A stretch of DNA of 64,000 nt from Escherichia phage UB. Shown piece by piece: positions 9,868 through 18,802 of the stretch (the stretch's first letter is position 1; the number at the start of each line of letters is the position of its first letter). The stretch lies in the sequence record MH383160, one strand, 5' to 3'. The notes below the pieces were generated by a model. That model was not told the DNA's origin and made no database searches. It was given only the letters and a program-made list of their open reading frames with translations. The position numbers were made by a program, and so were the translations under genes.

Positions 9868-10283
9868 ATTGTCCTCATTGTGCTGATTGCTTTTAATGTG
9901 TCAAACAATGCACCATATTTTACTTGCATTAGTTGATCACCAGCAGGAAGATTCATACGCATAACAGCCATGTCTTCAATCATTTCAGACGTACACAGTA
10001 CTGCTACACAGGTAATAGCATCATTCAATCCAGCTTCATTGAATTTGGCAAACGGAACTTTTCCCTGTTTGCTAAGGTTGTTATAATAAGAATTTAACTT
10101 ATCATGTCCACCAGCATTTAGTACTACAATAGTTTCGTGTTCATAGTACCATTCATCAATAATAGTACTGAAAGCAGTACCTTCATATTCTTTAATTAGT
10201 TTAACACCAGCATGGAATGCTTGAATACCAGCTTGGACACCTTGGCAGTACATATTAGTTAAACAATACAATTTCATTTCCAT
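9864..10283 (-). CDS. hypothetical protein
   Basis: 139 aa ORF; start overlaps upstream stop. Confidence 0.5.
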   Translation of the reverse strand: MEMKLYCLTNMYCQGVQAGIQAFHAGVKLIKEYEGTAFSTIIDEWYYEHETIVVLNAGGHDKLNSYYNNLSKQGKVPFAKFNEAGLNDAITCVAVLCTSEMIEDMAVMRMNLPAGDQLMQVKYGALFDTLKAISTMRTI

Positions 10284-10501
10284 ACCTCTTGTTTTTCTAA
10301 AAACCCTTTACCATCACAGCGTGGACATGCATAATAGCTGCGATAGTCTTCAGATGGCACTTGTTGTGTTCCATTACATGTAGGACACACTTTACGTGCA
10401 CCTGAAATAATACGTTCATGATGTTCAGCTTGTTTAGCTGAATCAAAAATGCGACCATCTTCAGTTTGGTATTTTTCTACCATAACTTGAATTACTTTCA
10501 T
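10274..10501 (-). CDS. small zinc-ribbon protein
   Basis: 75 aa with two Cys pairs, CPTC and CPRC, spaced about 20 residues apart. Confidence 0.5.
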   Translation of the reverse strand: MKVIQVMVEKYQTEDGRIFDSAKQAEHHERIISGARKVCPTCNGTQQVPSEDYRSYYACPRCDGKGFLEKQEVWK

Positions 10502-10511
10502 TTCTATTTCC

Positions 10512-10781
10512 TTATAAAAATGTTAAATCTTCAGTACTTAATTGTGATAATTTACCATCATATTCAATTTCAACATATACATTTTGGTCATAAACAGCAA
10601 CTACACGTTTAATAACTCCAACCTTCACGACATTCTTTTTGTAGTTGAACTCAACTGAACAACCAATAAGTTTATTTGATAGAATCTCACGTATTTGATT
10701 TGCATGATCTTTTAGGATAGAATTAATAGATTTTTTCATAATATATCTATCATTCAAATATTTTTTAACTACATCATGCAT
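10512..10781 (-). CDS. hypothetical small protein
   Basis: 89 aa ORF. Confidence 0.45.
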   Translation of the reverse strand: MHDVVKKYLNDRYIMKKSINSILKDHANQIREILSNKLIGCSVEFNYKKNVVKVGVIKRVVAVYDQNVYVEIEYDGKLSQLSTEDLTFL

Positions 10782-10786
10782 AATTA

Positions 10787-11545
10787 TTACCTTTTGAAAC
10801 GATTGAATGAGTACTCATCTTTTTCTTTACGTAAGTATCTCATTCCACCACTTTGTGGAGTAGCGAGAGTTAAGTCACCCGTCAAGAACTGACTATCAAT
10901 CCAAATGCGATTACCGTAAATTAGTGGATCTGTAACTGCTGTATGTCCACTAAAGACACAATGCACTCCATCTAACTTAGGTGCATAATATGTATTATTA
11001 GTTCTACAATAATCGAATGTTTTTCTATCCCACAAGCACTTATCAATTATATCAGCACTAAGTGATTTTGTCCCATTAACAAATCGTTCCCATGTTGTAT
11101 ATTCCAACGGAACTCCAGCATGAACTAACCCAATCTTCAATCCTCGGTGATTGATTTGGATAATCATAGGGAGATCCTTTAAGTACTGACGAAAGAATTG
11201 AATGCCTGTTCCTCCAACTTCATCAAGGAATTTATCACCACCATTACTTATCCAGCAATGATACCAATCTCGAAGTGTTTCCGAATCAACGCACATCATC
11301 TCATGATTACCCGCAATCATGTAACGATTTTCTCCGAACAAAAATTCAAAAAGGAGCTTTGAATTTTGTTCTCCACGGTCGATAATATCACCTACACTGA
11401 AAACATAATCATTGTGTGTAATACCAAATTCTTTCACTGTAGCATCCCATAGTTTTCCATTACCATGCAAATCACCTACAATGTATAAATCTTTATCATC
11501 AGGTACGGTTACTTCTAAGAAGTGTTTCATTATTACTCCAACCAT
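10787..11545 (-). CDS. Ser/Thr protein phosphatase (lambda PPase-like metallophosphatase)
   Basis: PPP-family motifs GDLHG, GDIIDRG, GNHE, plus downstream His-containing blocks (VHAG, SGHT). Confidence 0.75.
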   Translation of the reverse strand: MVGVIMKHFLEVTVPDDKDLYIVGDLHGNGKLWDATVKEFGITHNDYVFSVGDIIDRGEQNSKLLFEFLFGENRYMIAGNHEMMCVDSETLRDWYHCWISNGGDKFLDEVGGTGIQFFRQYLKDLPMIIQINHRGLKIGLVHAGVPLEYTTWERFVNGTKSLSADIIDKCLWDRKTFDYCRTNNTYYAPKLDGVHCVFSGHTAVTDPLIYGNRIWIDSQFLTGDLTLATPQSGGMRYLRKEKDEYSFNRFKR

Positions 11546-11784
11546 ATAATATTAGTGTGTTTAGTAACTTGTGTTCCAGCAAAAGAACCATCTTTAAGAT
11601 AAGTATTAATTTTAAAACGCCATTCACCACCACTAATATACATATCAGTAATAATATACTTTCCATACCCTCTGGAGTTTATTAATCGTACTTCTTGACC
11701 AATATATTTTGGCTTCAGATCATTTATAAAATCATCAGCCAAAGACATAAGATATCGCAGATGTGATAAGTCAGTGTTGAACAT
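11533..11784 (-). CDS. hypothetical small protein (K-Y-x-G family)
   Basis: 83 aa; motif LKPKYIGQEVRL shared with several other small ORFs in the window. Confidence 0.45.
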   Translation of the reverse strand: MFNTDLSHLRYLMSLADDFINDLKPKYIGQEVRLINSRGYGKYIITDMYISGGEWRFKINTYLKDGSFAGTQVTKHTNIIWLE

Positions 11785-11999
11785 TATTTCTTTCTCTTAT
11801 ATTTGTTAATAATATCTTGGGTAAGTGAAATAAAAATATATACTAATGTTACAGGCCAAATAATAGCCATCAGTGCTGCTGTTTGGAGATTCATGATAAT
11901 CATGATTTCATCTTTAAAACAACCCCAATTGAGTACTAGAAAGTTGGTTATAAATGTAACAAATGCTACAAATCCATATATTGCAAAAAATGTTATCAT
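11784..11999 (-). CDS. small membrane protein
   Basis: 71 aa, two hydrophobic helices. Confidence 0.4.
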   Translation of the reverse strand: MITFFAIYGFVAFVTFITNFLVLNWGCFKDEIMIIMNLQTAALMAIIWPVTLVYIFISLTQDIINKYKRKK

Positions 12000-12001
12000 A
12001 A

Positions 12002-12331
12002 TTATTCCTCATCATCCACTAAAACAAGATAATCCAAACTCAACTCGGTATCTATGTAACAATCACAATTCAAGTACTCAATTTCAGCACCTATAGTTCT
12101 CCCATTCTTAAATATCTCAATGATTTTCATTCTAGTATTGGGATTAATGTGTTCAATGTCGTATTCGTATTCAGGGTCAATATACTGACTTGTCATACGT
12201 TTGATGTATTGTTCCGAATATCGTACAGTTTTACCTATAAGATCATTACTCAACGTCTGATAAAAATCATCTTGAATTTTGAATAATGACCTATAAAAAA
12301 TATTATGTTGAATTAGTGGTTTCATTGACAT
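12002..12331 (-). CDS. hypothetical small protein
   Basis: 109 aa ORF; contains LIGKTVRY similar to the K-Y-x-G family. Confidence 0.45.
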   Translation of the reverse strand: MSMKPLIQHNIFYRSLFKIQDDFYQTLSNDLIGKTVRYSEQYIKRMTSQYIDPEYEYDIEHINPNTRMKIIEIFKNGRTIGAEIEYLNCDCYIDTELSLDYLVLVDDEE

Positions 12332-12960
12332 TAATCACAACTTCCAGACGATGAACTTGAATCAGAACTAGAGCTATCATAGGAACAAGAATCAGAGGAA
12401 GAACTGCTGTGACGGCTATAATCACTGTAATCATCATTGTTGTAGATTGGTGATGTTACGATTGCTGCTGCGGTCGCTGCCGTTGCAATTTGTGCAGTAT
12501 GGTCATGAACATCTAGTTTTGGTTCATCCTTAGATTTACCTTTGTTCTTACCTTTAGTGTAACGAGCTTTCTTTGCAGTTTTAGTATTTTTCTGTACTTT
12601 AGGAGCTTTTGGTTTCACATCTTCAACTACTGGAACTACATTCACTACAACTTTAGGATCAGTTTCTTCAAGTGTATTATACACTTTAACTTGCATTTGA
12701 ACTTCAACTTCTTTAACTTCTTCTTTAACTTCTGGAATAACTGTTTCTGGTGCTGGAGTGATTTTATCAAGTTCTTTAGTAATAAAGAAGCTTGTATTTT
12801 TCTCACCTAGCATAACAAGAAGACCAATGGCAATCACTGGACTTAGTACTGTACCAAGTACTACATAACCTAGAACACTTCTGTTATAGTTATATGCAAG
12901 CATACCAGAAATAATAATACCGATTACATATGCACTGCTAAGAATAATTGGGGTTAACAT
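12331..12960 (-). CDS. membrane protein with Lys-rich linker and Ser-rich C-terminal tail
   Basis: Two N-terminal TM helices, Lys-rich segment (KAPKVQKNTKTAKKARYTKGKNKGKSK), C-terminal low-complexity SSSSSDSCSYDSSSSDSSSSSGSCD. Confidence 0.5.
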   Translation of the reverse strand: MLTPIILSSAYVIGIIISGMLAYNYNRSVLGYVVLGTVLSPVIAIGLLVMLGEKNTSFFITKELDKITPAPETVIPEVKEEVKEVEVQMQVKVYNTLEETDPKVVVNVVPVVEDVKPKAPKVQKNTKTAKKARYTKGKNKGKSKDEPKLDVHDHTAQIATAATAAAIVTSPIYNNDDYSDYSRHSSSSSDSCSYDSSSSDSSSSSGSCD

Positions 12961-13264
12961 ATTCTACTCCTTTGTATATAAATTTACTAACTTCTTCGAT
13001 GTATAAAGACAACCCTGAACGTTCATTTAGAACTAACCAAGCACCAAAACCACATCGAATCTCGGATATACGAAACTCTTCTACACTATAAATTGAATAC
13101 GCGTTAAATGGACATATTTCATCAGATATACTTACCACATAGTTATTATTAATTGAATCTAACACCTGGGTATTGTATAAATTATTAGTACTGAAAATCT
13201 GCATTAACGAGCTAGAAAGCATCTCGGTTGTCTTTTCTAATATTGTTAAAAACGAACCATTCAC
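12938..13264 (-). CDS. hypothetical small protein
   Basis: 108 aa ORF. Confidence 0.4.
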   Translation of the reverse strand: MNGSFLTILEKTTEMLSSSLMQIFSTNNLYNTQVLDSINNNYVVSISDEICPFNAYSIYSVEEFRISEIRCGFGAWLVLNERSGLSLYIEEVSKFIYKGVEYVNPNYS

Positions 13265-13321
13265 TTCAACTTCTCCCTATTGGTGATGTAATCAAATTAT
13301 ATCACCGAATTCTGATACGTC

Positions 13322-13627
13322 TCATGATATTCGCATTTCATCTATATATAATGAACATGATTCAGAATTATCGTCTAAACTTAAACCTAAATCGACCATC
13401 AAACCGCAATGCGTTCCCCAGAATTTCTTTATGTATAGTTTTTTGCTACTATTACCTAAATCATAAACATATTCATTTTTAAATATACTTTTTAATTCTT
13501 CACATATACATTTTATTATCTTCATTACTTGATTATGATATTCGTATGGTATTCCATCAAGTTCGTTAATTATTAATGCAAAACCATTATCATAGTACTT
13601 AAGTTTATTGAATGTTTGTATATCCAT
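13322..13627 (-). CDS. hypothetical small protein
   Basis: 101 aa ORF. Confidence 0.4.
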   Translation of the reverse strand: MDIQTFNKLKYYDNGFALIINELDGIPYEYHNQVMKIIKCICEELKSIFKNEYVYDLGNSSKKLYIKKFWGTHCGLMVDLGLSLDDNSESCSLYIDEMRIS

Positions 13628-13924
13628 TTAATATATAATCTCACTAGCTTCTATTGTGTAGACACCATCATCAGTCATTAATCTTACTGCAACTTTAATA
13701 TTACTAGACATTCGTGTAACTATCAATCCAATAATTATACCATTCTTTAAAGTACCATTATGGTATCTAACTTTTACTTCAGTTTTATTATCAATTAAGT
13801 ATCTTCTAATTATGTGTATTTCATTTCTGAATAATTCTAAAAAAGCTTCACTATTTTCTTTATCTGACCCGTCTGAACACCAGTACAATAAATTTACTTG
13901 TTCAAATAATTTTTTTATATTCAT
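13628..13924 (-). CDS. hypothetical small protein
   Basis: 98 aa ORF. Confidence 0.4.
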   Translation of the reverse strand: MNIKKLFEQVNLLYWCSDGSDKENSEAFLELFRNEIHIIRRYLIDNKTEVKVRYHNGTLKNGIIIGLIVTRMSSNIKVAVRLMTDDGVYTIEASEIIY

Positions 13925-14280
13925 AAAAATCTCACAGATTTAATATTACTGGTTACATGATTTACCCAAGTGTTATCGAACTTGTAAACAATTGTATTAA
14001 GTGATTTATGAAAATTAACCTCGCACACTAAAGCCTTGGAACCATTGATTGTACAGACCGTGGATGGTAAGTTGTTTGCTAATATCTCTTTTTCATCTAA
14101 ACATAGTGAACTAATACAATCATAATAGAGAGGTTCAAGAACTTTTTCAGTACTGAGAAATTCAAAAGAAAGATCATCTATTAGTTTTATGTAATCGAAT
14201 AAATTATGATAATATTCATTCATTGTAGATCCTTTTAAATTTAGCATTATTAGAATATGTATATGAATGACCAAAATCAT
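13921..14280 (-). CDS. hypothetical small protein
   Basis: 119 aa ORF; start uncertain. Confidence 0.4.
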   Translation of the reverse strand: MILVIHIHILIMLNLKGSTMNEYYHNLFDYIKLIDDLSFEFLSTEKVLEPLYYDCISSLCLDEKEILANNLPSTVCTINGSKALVCEVNFHKSLNTIVYKFDNTWVNHVTSNIKSVRFL

Positions 14281-14467
14281 TTACACCATGTACATTTAGT
14301 ACACCGTCACTGAAATAAATTCGATCAATAGTGAGTTCACGTTTATAATCCCAATCATCATACCAGCACAGAACACGAATGCCTTTGTACTTTGTAGTTA
14401 AATCATTTTCTAATATAGTCAAGTAATCAATATGACTTTTGAATATCTCTAAGTCCTGCTCAAACAT
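14216..14467 (-). CDS. hypothetical small protein (K-Y-x-G family)
   Basis: 83 aa; LTTKYKGIRVL motif. Confidence 0.4.
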   Translation of the reverse strand: MFEQDLEIFKSHIDYLTILENDLTTKYKGIRVLCWYDDWDYKRELTIDRIYFSDGVLNVHGVNDFGHSYTYSNNAKFKRIYNE

Positions 14468-14727
14468 TATTGTTCCTCGTATAATTCTATATCATCAACT
14501 CCAACTTGGCGAATTGCAGTACTTCTGATGAATGTATTTTTTTCAAACAAACATACTGTTAAACGTATTTCACACTTCAATGCACTGTAATAAATCATAT
14601 CAATAACACCATATGTTTCATACATTTCTACGTATACATTTCGACCTAAGTACTTTTCTTCTAAATCAGTAATTAGACTATTGATAAGATTACCTATCTG
14701 TGTTATATCTGTGTGAAATTTATCCAT
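14467..14727 (-). CDS. hypothetical small protein (K-Y-x-G family)
   Basis: 86 aa; LEEKYLGRNVYV motif. Confidence 0.4.
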   Translation of the reverse strand: MDKFHTDITQIGNLINSLITDLEEKYLGRNVYVEMYETYGVIDMIYYSALKCEIRLTVCLFEKNTFIRSTAIRQVGVDDIELYEEQ

Positions 14728-14972
14728 TATAATAAACCTCTCACATAAAACATTGATGAAAATAGATAATCATCAGTACTTGTGTTTAGATGTTTAGAAA
14801 AGCTATATTTTTTATTTTTATTTTCGTATAAAGACAATCTATAGAACATTTCTATATTTTCTAAGTATTCTTTTTGTAATAACATCTGTGTTTTTACATT
14901 CATTATAATATTCCTTAAAAGAAAAAGGGACCAACATATGATCCCTTTTGTATTAGAAATTTCCTTCTGCAA
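14727..14972 (-). CDS. hypothetical small protein (start probably at an internal Met)
   Basis: 81 aa track ORF; its 5' part overlaps pseT 3' end and a weak hairpin, so the real start is likely downstream. Confidence 0.3.
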   Translation of the reverse strand: MQKEISNTKGIICWSLFLLRNIIMNVKTQMLLQKEYLENIEMFYRLSLYENKNKKYSFSKHLNTSTDDYLFSSMFYVRGLL

Positions 14973-15885
14973 CTTGAAAAACTTTCAAGCCAAGTAGCTT
15001 ACGCCACATGAATACGACTTGTGCTCGGTCATCATATACCTTTTTAACATCGTAATGATCAACCACATTTTTCATGTACAGGTCGAATTTTACAACATCA
15101 TCAGGACGTTTATCATCGATATCTCGCATAAACAATGCATCGTAAGGAACACCCCAATTCTTAAGCCACTGTTCGGTATCAGCACGACACCCTTCAGTAC
15201 GCCCACTCATGACGATAATCTTGCGTTTATGAAAAACTGCTTCAGCGATAATAGACAAAATAACTTCTTCATCAGGTGTATCCTGAAGAACAGTACTTTC
15301 ATCGTAAGGATTACGACCCCATTTATGAGCAAGAGTACCGTCAATATCAACGATAACAGCAGCTTCGCGTGAATTACCATAGTAACCAATGTGTAATGCT
15401 TTACTATAATAGTACGTATCTGCCATTTTGTCAATGATATCATCTGGTACTGAACGCCCACGCTGGAGGTTATATTTCTTACAAAGTTTTACGAACTCTT
15501 TAATCTTAAAGAATTCATGAACATCTGCACCACGGTCTTCATTAGGTACAAAATCATCATAGAAGTTCTTTTCTTTGTAATCATAACCATTATCTGTAGC
15601 CCATACTTTCCAGAGATCACGGAAATGTGGTTTAAGGTTCGTATCGGATACGATGATGTTCCAACCATTCTCTGCTGCTGAATTTGCTGCACTGAACTGT
15701 AAATTATCTACGTACTGCTCATTAGCATCGTTGAATTTGTAAGCATCATGTGACCCAGCCATAGATTCACGAATATCATCACGGTTGATGTTGATAGTCT
15801 TGGATTTGGCTTTTTTAATCTCTTGCACTGCCCATGTAGTTTTACCACACCCAGGCAATCCAACTGTTAATGTGATAGTTGGCAT
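14953..15885 (-). CDS. pseT: polynucleotide 5'-kinase / 3'-phosphatase
   Basis: Walker A GLPGCGKTT near N-terminus; HAD-like phosphatase motif VIVDIDGTLA; C-terminal DDVVK, DDRAQVVFMWR and QVAEGNF colinear with T4 Pnk as recalled. Confidence 0.9.
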   Translation of the reverse strand: MPTITLTVGLPGCGKTTWAVQEIKKAKSKTININRDDIRESMAGSHDAYKFNDANEQYVDNLQFSAANSAAENGWNIIVSDTNLKPHFRDLWKVWATDNGYDYKEKNFYDDFVPNEDRGADVHEFFKIKEFVKLCKKYNLQRGRSVPDDIIDKMADTYYYSKALHIGYYGNSREAAVIVDIDGTLAHKWGRNPYDESTVLQDTPDEEVILSIIAEAVFHKRKIIVMSGRTEGCRADTEQWLKNWGVPYDALFMRDIDDKRPDDVVKFDLYMKNVVDHYDVKKVYDDRAQVVFMWRKLLGLKVFQVAEGNF

Positions 15886-15888
15886 CCT

Positions 15889-16218
15889 TTAATCCTCTAA
15901 AAATTTAACATGCTCTATATTATGATAGGTGAGCCATTCCTGTGGTGTTCCCTTTCGTATTAAAACACCAATATACGCAATACCATTAATTAGACCATTA
16001 CTATCAGTATTCACATCAACTTTCACAATCTCGGAATCGTACCAGTGTTTAAATGTGTAATCCCAACATCTGACTTTCTTCCCAATAAGATTGCTCTTGT
16101 ATTTGTCAATCATTTCATCGACGATAGTTTGCACTGAATTTTTAATTTCAGCTTCTACTGACTTTATATATAGTAAATTACTTTGTGCATTGTTTATCAT
16201 TATATTTCCCAACTCCAA
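15889..16218 (-). CDS. hypothetical small protein (K-Y-x-G family)
   Basis: 109 aa; IDKYKSNLIGKKVRC motif. Confidence 0.45.
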   Translation of the reverse strand: MELGNIMINNAQSNLLYIKSVEAEIKNSVQTIVDEMIDKYKSNLIGKKVRCWDYTFKHWYDSEIVKVDVNTDSNGLINGIAYIGVLIRKGTPQEWLTYHNIEHVKFLED

Positions 16219-16414
16219 ATCGCTTGGAGATTTTCACAAGTACAGATTCATCACAACGAATACTAGCAGTATCATTGGATGAACTGTACTTTAATGGGGT
16301 CCACTGTAATTGAGATTCTTCTAGGAACTTGATACATCTGAAATAATCTTTCAAGGAAAGAAATTTAACTACTGACATATCCTGAACAATACTATGCTGA
16401 ACTTCAACTTTCAT
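16178..16414 (-). CDS. hypothetical small protein
   Basis: 78 aa ORF. Confidence 0.4.
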   Translation of the reverse strand: MKVEVQHSIVQDMSVVKFLSLKDYFRCIKFLEESQLQWTPLKYSSSNDTASIRCDESVLVKISKRFGVGKYNDKQCTK

Positions 16415-16423
16415 ATGAACTCC

Positions 16424-16681
16424 TTATAGTGGGTCGAATTTATTTTCACGTTTCGATGTATAGCGAGTTACATCATGTATTCTCGGCTTAACACCTTTTG
16501 GTTTCCTTTTCTTCTTGTATTCAGTACTACTACATCCGAAGGTATTCTCGATTCGTTTCTTACTTATCTTCACACCTTTCATTGAGCGTTTGTGCTGTAA
16601 TTCATCGATTTCTTCTTGTATTTTCCTGAACTCAGTCGGAGAAAGGGAACCGTCATTTTTATACTTAGGTTTAGCCATCAC
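16424..16681 (-). CDS. small basic protein
   Basis: 85 aa, Lys/Arg-rich (KKKRKPKGVKPR). Confidence 0.45.
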   Translation of the reverse strand: MMAKPKYKNDGSLSPTEFRKIQEEIDELQHKRSMKGVKISKKRIENTFGCSSTEYKKKRKPKGVKPRIHDVTRYTSKRENKFDPL

Positions 16682-16708
16682 TTCTCCTTGTGCTTAGGCT
16701 AGATAGTA

Positions 16709-17851
16709 CTAAAAATCCTTTAGTACAATTTTCATGTATTTTATAAGAGTCTCTTTGTAATCAACTTTCTTATTGTTATACATTGCAAAGGCCAAGCCCT
16801 GACGATTCAGTTCATTAGTTAAACACTCCTGAACCTTCATTGCGAATTCCTTTCGCTCCAAGTGCTTGTGTTCCTTGACGAAGCTTTCTACTTCATCTTG
16901 TAATGCATTATAGCACGAAAATACCAATTGTTCCATTCTTAATATCTTTTGCATAGCATATTCATCAGTACTGAACAATTGTTTTAAATCATCACTTGAA
17001 CCATTTAATACTGCTTCATATAAATGAGAATCAATAATAATACTATCTTTTGTAAGATGTAATGAACTGTACCAGTCAGTCTTTATTTTACACATTGTCC
17101 CATTATTTAGGATGCACACAAAACCCTCAATATCAAGCATTTTATGAACTTCCTCCACGCTTTCACGGAAGGTATTTCGTACCGGAAAAGTGTGATGAAT
17201 ATCTTTTCCAGTCATATTAGTACTGTACTGTGCAAGACATGGAAACTTATCACGTAGTGCTTTACCACATAGCAACTCACCACTCACACGATGACGAACG
17301 TTCAGTACAAACAGTTGTTCTACCTGATATGGTAATACAATTCGGTACTCTGGGCTTGTATACTCCATATTAACTGTGTAACCTAAACGTTCCGCTTCGT
17401 CGATGTACTGATACAAATTCTGGTTCTCGTTAATAAGTCGAGTACTGTTAATCGCATGGTCAGAATACAATGCTGTATGTGATTTACAACGAATCTCACC
17501 ATCATTATCACGGTAAGTACTGATAATCGAACCATCCAACTTAGGCATCACTACCGCAATGTCATCGCATGTGGTGTTAGCAGGGAACATTGTAGCAGGA
17601 TTCTCGTAAGCATTGAAGAACTTTTTCATTGTACGTGCTGCACAACGTATCATGTCACCTTCTTCATCAATTTCCCACATAGAGCCACGGGTTTCCAATG
17701 CATTTGGTTGCATGAAATCAGTGTATGATGCTAGACGATAACTGAATACACGATACGTGCCACCAGCAGGACTTTTATGATCCACATAAAAGAATGCATC
17801 GTTTGTATTACATAAGTGCATTAAATCTTCATATATTTGCAAAAGGGTCAT
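16709..17851 (-). CDS. rnlA: RNA ligase 1 (T4 gene 63 / Rnl1 homologue)
   Basis: Adenylylation lysine motif K-x-D-G (MPKLDGSIIS); blocks FFY, RVFSY, ASY, EGFV, KIKTDWY, GSSDDLK, DEY colinear with T4 Rnl1 as recalled; 380 aa. Confidence 0.88.
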   Translation of the reverse strand: MTLLQIYEDLMHLCNTNDAFFYVDHKSPAGGTYRVFSYRLASYTDFMQPNALETRGSMWEIDEEGDMIRCAARTMKKFFNAYENPATMFPANTTCDDIAVVMPKLDGSIISTYRDNDGEIRCKSHTALYSDHAINSTRLINENQNLYQYIDEAERLGYTVNMEYTSPEYRIVLPYQVEQLFVLNVRHRVSGELLCGKALRDKFPCLAQYSTNMTGKDIHHTFPVRNTFRESVEEVHKMLDIEGFVCILNNGTMCKIKTDWYSSLHLTKDSIIIDSHLYEAVLNGSSDDLKQLFSTDEYAMQKILRMEQLVFSCYNALQDEVESFVKEHKHLERKEFAMKVQECLTNELNRQGLAFAMYNNKKVDYKETLIKYMKIVLKDF

Positions 17852-18156
17852 TTTATTACCTCTATATCTACATCAGTTCCATAATATGATATTAATCCAT
17901 CATCAGATTCACACTGAATAGACAACTCAGATTCATAGTATGTTACTTTATTCACTGTTAGTACTTGTTCTTCAATTACTCCAGAAAAATAATTCATCTC
18001 ACGTACACGAACTTTAGTTCCTTTAGGTAGTTCATCTGAGATTTTTCGAACAAGATCATAAGCAGCCTGTTCAAGTGTGTACAGTAATTGTAATCTATCT
18101 TGAATATTCATATTATTTCCACCAACTGGTATCACGTCCATTAGACAAAGATTCAT
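17848..18156 (-). CDS. hypothetical small protein
   Basis: 102 aa ORF. Confidence 0.45.
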   Translation of the reverse strand: MNLCLMDVIPVGGNNMNIQDRLQLLYTLEQAAYDLVRKISDELPKGTKVRVREMNYFSGVIEEQVLTVNKVTYYESELSIQCESDDGLISYYGTDVDIEVIK

Positions 18157-18802
18157 TGTACTGATGCCTAAAATTAGTTTTTGGATTATTGTTCATAGTA
18201 CTAATAAAATCAAATTTAACATTCTCTTGAATATATTTTTTAACACTATCTTTAAATTTAATAGTACTGAAGTCTAAATCTAGATGTTCATACAATACCG
18301 GATGACAAAACTCATGTGTACGCAACGCTGGCATGGTATCCTTAATGTATTGCACAGTGTTAATCATTGCATTGTATTCAGGCATAGCACGCATCATCAT
18401 TAGCTGAAAGTGTTCTTCCTCTGACATTGACTCATCCAAATCAATAACGACTTCATCATTTTTAGAGTCATAAACTTTAATGGTACTCTTGGTTGGATCA
18501 AGCATAGCCCACTCTGGATACAGGCATGTTTTCCAAAAAGGATTATTGCACTGAAACATACTAATGAGATTTTGATCTTTATCAAAAATAGCAAATCCAA
18601 GATCCGAACTTGGTTGTACTTCACATACACAAATATCGTAAGACGAGTCTTCAGTACTGAGTGAACCAACTACATTTGATATATGTGAATATGGAGTTTC
18701 TCTTGACTCCAACTGAAATGTACTTTCAATTCGATTGATTTGTGGATGTAATGTAATTACACCCCTTAGTACATATAAAATTCTATCTAAATCTTTAATC
18801 AA
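18113..18802 (-). CDS. hypothetical protein with FQ-family-like motif
   Basis: 229 aa; contains SEEEHFQLMMMRAM, resembling the family A motif of the large array. Confidence 0.5.
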   Translation of the reverse strand: MIKDLDRILYVLRGVITLHPQINRIESTFQLESRETPYSHISNVVGSLSTEDSSYDICVCEVQPSSDLGFAIFDKDQNLISMFQCNNPFWKTCLYPEWAMLDPTKSTIKVYDSKNDEVVIDLDESMSEEEHFQLMMMRAMPEYNAMINTVQYIKDTMPALRTHEFCHPVLYEHLDLDFSTIKFKDSVKKYIQENVKFDFISTMNNNPKTNFRHQYNESLSNGRDTSWWK

